A DNA stretch of 58,995 nucleotides from Salisapilia sapeloensis CBS 127946 (taxonomy: Eukaryota > Protista > Oomycota), in the NCBI GenBank assembly GCA_023334545.1, contig JAADVB010000104.1, positions 1 to 58,995 of the forward strand. The letters are read 5' to 3'. This document shows positions 49,206 to 58,995 of the stretch, piece after piece. Each line of letters starts with the position of its first letter. Positions within the stretch are counted from its first letter, which is position 1. A program made the position numbers and the translations under genes. Under the pieces are notes generated by a model. The model did no database searches. It saw nothing but the letters and a program-made list of their open reading frames with translations, and was not told the DNA's origin.

Positions 49206-51025
49206 ACTTGTGTGGCGGGCGGTGTAGACAGTTGCACCATATTAACTCTACGCTTGCGCTTGGATCGTTTGTTAACTGTCGACGGCTTCTCCCAACGTGA
49301 CTCGCCCGTCCGAATGTTGTAGTAAAAGTCCGCAGACGTCATTGGATCGTGCATCTATGTGATAGTCGTTACGAGGAGTAGGATGGTTGAATACTAGTTG
49401 GATGATCGTACCTGCTTCCAGAACGTGGCCTTGTCTTCTAGTAGTTTTACTCCTCTCTCTGCTTTAGATAGCCGGATCTTGGTCCGACGTTCTTCAGATG
49501 AAGGTACGAGAGGCAGACCGACTTGATCTAGTAAGAAGATAGCAAAGTGATAGCCGTATGACTGGATGACGACTCGCTGTAGCTTTCTTACAAAGGAAGA
49601 TGCGAGGTTTCCATGTCGAAGGTCTCGTGTCATTTGTTCAAATACTTGTCGAAGGCTCTCTTCTTTACCATCCGCGTTTGCTACGGATAAGGTGTAAGCT
49701 GATGCCAAGAGGTTTGCTCCTGTAATACGCCAAGCCTGTGGTAGCTCCATGGAAGATATATCATCTCCTCCAAGGTCATCGCAGAGCTTTTCAAACTTGT
49801 GCTCTCGATCGCTATCGACAGTATCCGCTGAAATATCTTTGCTACTTTGTTCAGTTAAGCTCTAGTGGTTTGATATGGGCTGTAGAAATGCTCTATTTAC
49901 CTTGTTTCATCGATTCCGCTATGCACATACGAGTAGTGCTTATTAAGCACACCTGGGAACACATGGCTGATTATAGACACGCTGCTTGTCTTCATTCGCG
50001 TAGCGTTCTTGCTAGCATCAATGATACCTTGAGCTGTCAGTCGGTCAGGAGGTGCAAGCAGAGGAAGCAGCTTTTGTCTTTGCTGTCCAATACTTCTCCA
50101 CGTCTCTTTGCCCAAGACTCGTTTGCATAAGACACGTCGGACCCAAACGCAAGGAAATATGAGCACTAGCTCCCCATAATTTCGTGTTAGACTAACGGTA
50201 GCACATGCGAAAGGCTAGAACGCACCAGGAAAGAGTTGAACGATATCATGGATGTCTTGGACTTGATGGATAGAACAAAAGTCTTTCTCATGATCTTTAT
50301 AGAGGTCTAGCAACGCATCGCGCAGGCGTCTAATGTTTCCATGTACCACGCCATGAAAGAAGTGCGTACAGAGCTCGATCTGTTGTCGTAGTCTAGAGCG
50401 AAGTAAGCTTGATGCCGAATGCTTCGTGCCATCGACACCTTCCAGACATGGGTGAGGCAATGTGCACACAGAGCTAATCGCACTATCCAGAAGCTGCAGA
50501 CGTGTTAGTGACCATGTCAGCTACTGACATGCAAGTAGACGCCCAACTCACCATTCTCGTCGGTGTAGTGCATACAGAGAAGCAGACTGTAAACAACTGA
50601 AGGATGTCATATCTACCTTCTACAGTGCGATGTGTCCCTTGCTCTGATGGTGGCAGCAAGAACGCCGTGAAAGGTGTCCAGCGCAAGCCGCAATAGCGCA
50701 ATAGCTCTATCTGCGCAACGCTCGACACTCGCACCGTATCGACATGGCAGAAGAACCTAAAGAACGCTTCTCGCTGCTCTAATGACATCTTAAGTGCATT
50801 GCAAAGCTCGACATAGTCGCTGATTTCACTCGCTAAAAGTCGATCTCGATACCGATCCGTCGCCGCGAGGAGCTTTGGTGTCCGATATAACGTCTCCAGG
50901 TCTTGAAATTCCGCACCGACAATAACTGCGATAACCTTTTCTACTACTTTAATACAAGAATGCAACCATCGCGGGTATGCATTTCTCCTGAATCTCAAGC
51001 TCCCTCGGGACTGTCCTTCCGCCAT
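49202..51025 (-). CDS. Hypothetical protein with a degenerate EF-hand-like pair and a C-terminal WW domain
   Basis: Five exons reconstructed in frame. FFRFFCHVDTVRVSSVAQIELL...TPFTAFL; last exon FWKQ|MHDPMTSADFYYNIRTGESRWEKP (WW). Stop TAA at 49204-49202. Confidence 0.75.
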
Positions 51026-51112
51026 CGTCTCGACGAGATACTTGTCACCGCCCTTTCAAGATCCGATACAAGAACCTAGAGTCAGTTTTTCGTCATATCA
51101 ATCACCCACAGT

Positions 51113-54100
51113 ATGCCTGGAGGTCGGTCAGACGTCGGTGGCAAGTGCTATGTTCCAGATACGACGCACATGTGGCTACCTGCTGAAGTACTAAAGGAAA
51201 AAGAGAGTAATGCAGGTGATGGAAGTAAATGTATCGTTGCCAAAGTGACACTTCCGGATGGGTCCGTCCAAGACCGGACAGTCGATCTCGGTGATAAACA
51301 GTTCCGTCTTGCTCTCCAAAAGCTGCAATTGCCTCCTGAACTACCGTATCAGAATGAAGGACTTGGCGCGTGTGGTATTGAAGACATGATCGGACTTAAT
51401 CATCTTCATGAGCCTGCCATCCTCTATAATGTCCGCCAGCGATTCCTACAGAGCTGTCCATATACGTACACTGGATCGATTTGCATTGCCGTGAACCCAT
51501 ACCAGTGGATTCCAGAGCTTTACGACGATAGTGTCCATGAAAAGTACTTGTCAAAGCCTCGTGATGAGCTCCCACCACACGTATACGCCACGTCCGTCGC
51601 ATCCTACAAGAGTATGAAGCACGACAAACTAAACCAGTCGATCCTCGTGTCTGGTGAATCTGGAGCTGGGAAAACGGAGACGACAAAGATACTCATGAAC
51701 CACTTAGCGTCCATCGGTGGCGGTCTCAATGACGCGACGATCAAAAAGATCATCCAGGTGAATCCACTACTCGAGTCCTTTGGGAATGCCAAGACCGTTC
51801 GCAACGATAATAGCAGTCGCTTCGGGAAGTTTACGCAGCTCCAATTCGATAAAAAAGGAATGCTCGTAGGTGCCAAGTGCAGCACCTACTTGCTCGAGAA
51901 GACGCGAGTCATCCATCACGAAGAAGGCGAACGGAACTACCATATCTTTTACCAGGTTCTTGCATCCGATAAGAGTCTCATGCTAGAAGATAGTGTCAAG
52001 TATACATACGTCGGTGAGCCAGAGGACGTTCGAGTAGACAACATGTCCGACGCGGAGCATTTCAAGCGGACAGAGACTGCTCTCGAGCTCGTAGGGATCA
52101 ATGCAGACACACAAGCCGTGCTTTTCGAAGTGCTTAGCGGTATTCTACACCTCGGACAGATCGTCTTTGCATCCAAAAGCGACAATGAAGAAGCATCCTA
52201 TATCCCTGAAGGCGACGCTGGTGCAACTGCGGTCTCCAAACTCCTTGGCATCACCTGCACCGACCTCGAGAAAGCTCTCTGTTCTCGACAACTCATCATG
52301 TCGCGCGAATCCGTGACAGCTTTCATGCGCAAGGAACAGGCAGAAGAAGCTCGTGACGCACTTGCGAAAGCCATCTACTCACACATCTTCGATTGGCTCG
52401 TGACTTCGATCAATGATTCACTCAAGAACGACCAAGCGATGGTCAATACCATCGGCATCTTAGATATTTTCGGATTTGAACATTTCCAGCACAACCACTT
52501 TGAACAATTTTGTATCAATTATGCGAATGAAAAGCTACAGCAAAAGTTCACACAGGACGTCTTCAAGACGGTGCAGCAAGAGTATGAGGAAGAAGGGATC
52601 GTATGGAGTCACGTTGACTTTGCGGACAACCAAGATGTCATTGCGATCATAGAAGACCGTCTCGGTATCATCTCGCTCTTGAACGATGAAGTCAAACGAC
52701 CGCGTGGGAGTGACGAGAACTTTGTCTCGAAGCTCGCGTCGATCCACAAGGAAGACAAGGAGCTCGTCGAGTTCCCACAACTCTCCAAGACACAGTTCAC
52801 CATCAAGCATTACGCCGGTGCAGTCACGTACGAAGCGAATGGCTTCTTAGAGAAGCACAAGGATGCTTTGCTCCCAGACCTGTCACAGCTCATGCGTACG
52901 TCCTCCAAGTCCTTTGTCACAGATCTCTTTGCGGAGAAAGAGGCATCTAGTAGTAAGCGGTCGGCATCGAGTCGACGAGCGAGCTCCAGTGGTCCGAGCG
53001 CTGCCAACGTCGGGACGCAGTTCAAAGACAATTTGAATGAACTCATGACGAATATCCGACAGACCAAAGTCCAGTACGTTCGGACGATTAAACCGAACAA
53101 GAGCAAAAGTCCGACGGAAATGGACTTGCCCATGGTCATCTCCCAACTCCGATGTGCCGGAGTGATCGAAGCCATTCGCATCACGCGTGTAGCCTATCCG
53201 GATCGTCTGCTCCTGACGGAACTCTTGGACAAGTTCTGGATCCTCCTCGACTCCTCCCAAAAGCATCTACCGCCAGGAAAGCAGTGTGAACAGTTGATGC
53301 GAGGCATGGACTTTACATCGCCAGAACAGTACCAGATCGGAAAGACGAGGATCTACTTACGCTACGGAACGCTAGATGACATGGAAGCGAAGAAGGCTGG
53401 ACGTCTAGATGGCAAGGCACGTGCACTCCAGCGGTATATGAAGGGATTCTCCCATCGACTCGCTTACCTCCGGACACTCAAAGCAGTCATCAAGCTCCAA
53501 GTAATCTCCTCTCGTACCTCTATCACTTCCACAACTGATTTATATGTCATTTCTAGTCAGTCATTCGATGCGTGAACACGATGAAGCGGTATACAGCCTT
53601 CTTAAACGGTCTGGTGAAGCTCCAGGCACGCTGGAAAGGCTACACTGCTCGCAGACAAGCGCAGAACCGAAAGGTTGGCGAGAGTGCTACGACCATTCAA
53701 CGACATGTGCGAGGCTTTGTGAAACGGTATATCCATCTCTTCTCTCTCCTCCATCATACCGACTCACTCCTTTGTCTCTAGAAAACACTTTCGAGCGAAG
53801 AGGAAGACGGTGGTGCATATTCAACGATTCATACGTGCTCGTATCGCCAAACGCATGTACCGTGCGGCCTTGCAGGATAAGCGACAGGAAGATAACATGG
53901 CGTCGCAGCTGTATAGCCTCCAGCAACGTTATGCAGACGAACAGAAGCGGAATGCAGACTTATTTACCGATACAGACGCAGTCGACACTCCAGCATCGTC
54001 GCCGAATAGCACAGGGCATCGACCCCGTGGGAAATCGACGGCACATGTATGGATGGCAGACGCAGATGGCGTAATCAACCAGTTGCATGAGCAAGTGAAT

Positions 54101-54939
54101 CGACTGCGGAAGGAACGCGAGGAACAGATCGTTGCGAATTCACAGCTGAAAAAAGATGTGGAGAGACTGAAGAGGGAGAAGGAGACGACGTCAGCTAATT
54201 TCCACGTGAAACTCCGGCGATATGAAGATACGGTAGGCTGCTATTTACATAGAAGGATAGGAGATGGTAGATTAAGTCGGCTGGTACTTTGTATTAGATC
54301 CGAGAGAAGGACAAGAAGCTCGAGACGATGCAAAAGGAACTAGACGACGTGAAGAAGCATGGAGGTTCAGGCACTCGTCGCGCAGTCCAAAAGCAGGCTT
54401 CTTCCGCTGGCGGTCGAAAGACGCCGTACCGGACGCTTGGTGCGAAGAAGCAGGTTGAGAAGGGAGCTAGTCTTCAAGAGCACACGACAGCGCTCAAGAC
54501 GTCACTGACCAAGTCGTCGTCTAAAATGTCCGACTTTCTGCGGGAGTCGAGCGCACGGCTATCGGCTCAGCCGACGACTGTGAGCTCTCCTGAGATGGAA
54601 CAAGTGCGGAAGCAATCGACGCCGGAGAGACCAACAACAGCAGACACCATACCTTCTCTCAAGGAGAGACTAGAGGACATGAAGTCCAAGTACTATCGCA
54701 CCGATGAGGATGAAGGTACTACACGTCCGTCAGCCTTTGATGCAAACGGTATGCGATGGTCACTTACGCTAGAGTCGCTGCCAGATACACAACTGCCTGA
54801 TGGGTGGGAAGCACGTGTGTCTCGATCCAAGGGTAAGATCTACTACGTCCATCCTGGCCGTCGGATCACCCAGTGGAAACGTCCGACAGATCGCCCAAGT
54901 GCGTCTAAATCACCATCGACGGATTCCATCTTAGAATAA
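51113..54939 (+). CDS. Myosin (SH3-like, motor, IQ, coiled coil, C-terminal WW); copy B, paralog of 14948-18673
   Basis: Same motor motifs as copy A; WW LPDGWEARVSRSKGKIYYVHPGRRITQWKRP. Introns at 53501-53556, 53727-53781 and 54233-54297. Confidence 0.96.
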
Positions 54940-55194
54940 ATGAATAGAATAAAATTCGCTACTACAATGGGAGGAATGGTGCAAATACAGATCTATCAAT
55001 TACTTGCAGACAACAGGGTTTGGAATTTCTCCCATCAATATCCATGCATCATGGCCATAATGGAAGGAGCTAAGAAATCAGAGTGCTAGTTGAGGACAAA
55101 TTGTCGGTGTGTCTAAAAGCCAAACTAGCAATATAACCAAAAGTACTCAAGAGCAAGAAAGACTGAGTTCGTTGAGCGGATACCCGAGTATTGA

Positions 55195-55655
55195 AGGCAT
55201 TCAAGGCATTATGAAAACAAAGATGCGAAAAGTGTAGTAACAATCAGTGTCTACTTCTTTGGCGGTTTGTCCTACTCGTACATTGCTACCCACCTCCCTA
55301 TTCCTATCTATCCACGTGTATTGTCCGTTCCTCTGTCATGCCTTGGCGGGTCATAACGTCGGGCATATCCTCAGAAAGTCCTTTAGGTTGAAGTGTCATT
55401 TGCTTTACTTGCGACATTGAGCTCTTCGCCATTTCAGTGGGACAGAGTACAGTATGAGTCATAATGTCTCCTAATTATTTCGTCCACCACTGTACTATAC
55501 CTGTTCCGAAATAAAAACGAAGAGCTAACTAGCGCAAGTAAAGCGAAGAGCTCACCAAGTCTTTCGCGCGCTTTTTCAAATGTGCACATGTCGAGAACCA
55601 AGTGCGACTTGAGGTCTTCTCCAAGATCTTTTCTTCCTAATCGCATTAAAGACGA
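55195..55655 (-). repeat. Dispersed ~450-bp repeat, copy B (inverted copy of 21390-21835)
   Basis: For example, ttgagctcttcgccatttcagtgggac versus the reverse complement of gtcccactgaaatggcgaaaagctcaa at about 21599-21625. Confidence 0.9.
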
Positions 55656-56599
55656 AGACATAGACGAACCAAGAATATGAATTCGCATTTCAATGGGCAG
55701 TATAGAACACTCGCTTATGCATTCGATATAGTGGAAGTTAGATTGAAGTGTTCCATTAGGTTTCCAACGATAAGTAGTAAATCAAATCGGCTATCCTCAG
55801 TGAACGTGGAATTGCCCGATTCGATTATAACGAATAGAATTACAAAATGTAGAGCCCCAATTTGCTGAATCGTTATTCAGCACGAACATGCCCATACTTT
55901 TAATATCCGGAGTGGAGGTGTTCCGCTGGTCTAATACTGAAAAATCTTCTCTTGATCACATAGAACTAGTTCGCAACAGACAAGTTCCACAACTTCACCT
56001 TTAGAGAACTGTAGGATATAGCGTAGCTACGTGTCAAGAATAATTTATGTCATGGGTATAACTCGGCCAAGTTATTTTATAGGAACCACCATTAATAAAC
56101 AATGGTACCATTATGGATGGAGTTGAAGACTCAAACGTCCATTCATTCTGCACGATCATCTTCCAAACCCTACCAGAACGATGCATGCCGGCTTTGAAGA
56201 AGATCCAGCGAAGTGATAAATGAGTCTAAAGACTTCTAGCTCACGAAACCACCAAAACTTTTATACCTTTTGATTTACTCGAAGCGTAGATACTTTTAGA
56301 GATCAAAGTTGCAACAACCACTGCGCAGACAGTGAGTTTAAGGATCGATAAAAATCTTGATACAAATGAAAGCAATGTTATCAAATCTGAATCTTTGCAG
56401 AAGCTATCTTACGATGAATGCTTGGTAAGATTATGCATATACATGACTGGAACTACTTCTATTCGTATTTGTCTGATTAGAAATAGTTTTCTACTGTTCA
56501 GCCATCGTTTCATTGTGCCATTTTTATCTACTCGTCCTTGCTTTGATCAAACTAAGCCAGGCAACGTAGGCACTTCAAATATTCGGTTATATGGAGATT

Positions 56600-58260
56600 T
56601 GCACGCCAATAAGCGAGACACCTACGAGGTGGAAAGGATGGAGGAAGCTTGGAGACAATTTCAAGTATCTCATAAAGGCACCTGCTCCATGAAATCAAAA
56701 TTCGCGTTCCGAAACTACTTTAAAGAACCATGGGTAAAGAGTCTTGGTCTTCTTGTCGCATTACTGCTACGAGCAATAGTGTTTCTAATCGATCTGGAAG
56801 TTATTCTGTTAGCATCTCCGAAAGCAGGATGGAAACCACTGTATGTTCTATCTTCGCGGCACTGAACATCAGTTTACATCTACACTCGCTTGTAGCTTTC
56901 AACTCTTTCAATCTCATCTAGGACTTCTATACCGACCCATAAATCTATTTTGGCATCTATTATGGCCACGCTAGTAGAGATTGGAGTAGTTGCATTATGT
57001 GGGGAGAGGTTGAAGTTTTCAGCCCCCTTTACTAGTGATAGCAATCCTGGGAATACGCCGCATGAAATCATTTCTTTACTTTACATGAGAACAGCTTGAC
57101 GAAGTGAACAGTATACCAAACGTCGGTAGCTAGCGTCAGGCTGCTGCTCGCAGAAGGTGCTTTGACTGTTGTATATCCAGCTTTCTTAGTTGTATTTTTT
57201 GGACTATATGACTTGGACTAAGCTGCATTCGTGCTCATGCTTCCGGTTATCAAAATGGTCACGAAGAATTTCATCCAAAACTTTTTATCTACCATGCCAA
57301 AAGAGATTATACACACTACGGTCTTCACCGCTGAACTATTTGTTGCTTTCATGTATCAATTTCCATGCAAACTACTGTGGTCTCTTGGGTCACTGTGATT
57401 CTTATATCTTACGATGCACCTAACTCTGCTTGTTCGCTCTATTTTATCCAAAAATTATCTAGGAAAGTATGCGAGATACCGGACGTCCTGGATCGGCATC
57501 AACGTGAAGATCGTGTTTCGATGGCGCCTCGAGGTATTTCAGATCAATCAGAGTCAAACTTGCTAGTGAAGACTGCATCATATTACAGAAAATGTTGTAA
57601 GAGAACTCGAGTAACTCCTAATTTTGGAAAGAAGACAAAGAAGACGACGCCACTAGCCAAGCTAAATCGACCTCTTTCGCAGCATTCACACCAATAGACA
57701 ACGGTTGTCCCGGTTTCTTTGACCAGCGATAAAAGTGTCGACGAGGAACAGATAATATTTCCGGTATCCAGTAGCAGGGACGCTGAGAAGTTAAACTACG
57801 TAAGTGGAAACTTCGGAAGAAGACAAACGCTTACTCCTGCAACAAACACAGTCTCTGCTCTTCCGATGCGAATACTTGGGATCGCTCGAGTACGTCGAGT
57901 TCACGGTGTCGTTTATTTATACTATCTACATGTTCGCATTGTTCTATTTGTCGGACTTCAAGTACCATTTATACTTTCAGTGCTTGACAAAAACAAAGTT
58001 TACGTCTCTATCGACGGTATCGTGCTATGCGGTGTGCTTGAATTTATTTCACTCATCGCATTCGCCACGTACGCTCGTTGAAAGTTTGATTTCAGTCCGT
58101 TCAAACTCCTTGGTTTCACGCTGGAAACACAAGGGATAGTTGTCATCGCAAGATATACCTTGTTTCTACTATTTATGGCGCAGATCCCATATCCGCACTT
58201 TGGTACGTCTATCTCTTGGATCAAGGCATCACGACATTAGCATCAACCCTGACTTGCGAG
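56600..58260 (+). pseudogene. Decayed member of the oomycete-expanded multipass transmembrane protein family
   Basis: Fragments in different frames: EAWRQFQVSHKG...LLASPKAGWK; LLQQTQSLLFRCEYLGSLEYVEFTVSFIY; VLEFISLIAFATYAR*KFDFSPFKLLGFTLETQ (in-frame TGA at 58079-58081). Family assignment is from recalled motifs. Confidence 0.7.
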
Positions 58261-58448
58261 TTGATATAGGCATGGATCCGACGTTCTAATTCGACTACTC
58301 TGACTATCCGTAGCGAAGATTTAGCGTCCCATCGAGTGAGTTATGAGAAGAACAAGTATTTAAACGAAACGCTTTTGTTATTATTGCAGCTCTTACTTGT
58401 TCTTTTGCTACATTGAACTCGCGAATGCTACTTATGATGAGCATAGCT

Positions 58449-58995
58449 CTAGTAGTACCAGTTGTACCCATACTTGTTGCCATAGCCGTAGTCTTTGTAG
58501 GCGTACTTCTTGCCATATTCGTTACAGTCATCGTAGTAGTAGCCAGGATAGTTGTTGTAGCTACCATACCCACCACCATAGTAGTACTTCGGATAATAGT
58601 CATACTTCTTGTATCCATAACCGTGGTCTTTGGGATTGTAACCACCGCCGTAGTAGTCTTTGTAGCCATAACCGTAGCTCTTAGGATAGCAGTCATCCTT
58701 CTTGTAGTCCTGATAGCCATAACCGTAGTCATAGCCATAGTTCTTGGGATAGTGGTCGTTCTTCTTGTAGTCCTTGTAACCATAACCGTAGCCATAATCC
58801 TTGGGATAGTAATCATACTTCTTGTAGTCCTGGTAGCCGTAGTCGTACTCCTTAGGATGATACTCATCCTTCTGGTATCCCTCCTTCTTATCATCGGCCA
58901 ACTCTTCCTTCTTCTCTTCCTCTTCAGCGCGAGCACACGAGAGTGGAGACGTCAAGACCATGGTAGCAACGGTAGCGAGGAACAAGCTGGAGCTC
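58449..58995 (-). CDS. Secreted Tyr/Gly/Lys/Asp-rich repetitive protein (putative wall or structural protein); 5' end beyond the window
   Basis: Hydrophobic signal-like LFLATVATMVLTSPLSCARA, an acidic linker, then 51 Tyr in the last 143 aa with repeated YQDYKKxDxYPKxYGYGYG units. The frame is open to the window edge. Confidence 0.85.
   Translation of the reverse strand, partial: SSSLFLATVATMVLTSPLSCARAEEEEKKEELADDKKEGYQKDEYHPKEYDYGYQDYKKYDYYPKDYGYGYGYKDYKKNDHYPKNYGYDYGYGYQDYKKDDCYPKSYGYGYKDYYGGGYNPKDHGYGYKKYDYYPKYYYGGGYGSYNNYPGYYYDDCNEYGKKYAYKDYGYGNKYGYNWYY

Noticed and set aside
58449-58995. Tyr-rich secreted protein as an RxLR or CRN effector
   Set aside because: No RxLR, LxLFLAK or HVLVxxP motif; only an acidic linker.

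Overview
Eukaryotic genomic DNA, almost certainly from a flagellated oomycete (stramenopile). The basis is two WW-tailed myosins, KAP3, a decayed member of an oomycete-type multipass membrane family and short (about 48-80 nt) GT-AG introns, often with CTAAC branch points. The window is very compact and holds 20 protein-coding genes: a DPF/repeat-rich coiled-coil protein, presenilin, soluble transhydrogenase (SthA-like), a 2-RRM protein, an F-BAR+SBF2-like protein, mitochondrial thiolase, PEX12, myosin-WW A, a small coiled-coil protein, MED11, CLU1, a TFIIS_M/dsRBD-like/SPOC-like protein, KAP3, an HD hydrolase, HINT, a ~3,350-aa VPS13-like protein, COG5, an EF-hand-like/WW protein, myosin-WW B and a Tyr-rich secreted protein cut off by the window end. 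Two AT-richer, ORF-poor islands (about 19.9-22.2 kb and 55.0-58.4 kb) share an inverted ~450-bp repeat, and the second contains a pseudogene. No rRNA, tRNA, CRISPR or intact transposon was recognised. Best leads: the TFIIS_M protein with six dsRBD-like modules, a mitochondrially targeted bacterial-type soluble transhydrogenase, an extra domain in the presenilin loop, an unusual multi-domain VPS13, overlapping stop codons of COG5 and its neighbour, and the inverted repeat bracketing a 33-kb block between the paralogous myosins. All domain calls come from motif recognition by eye, not from database searches.
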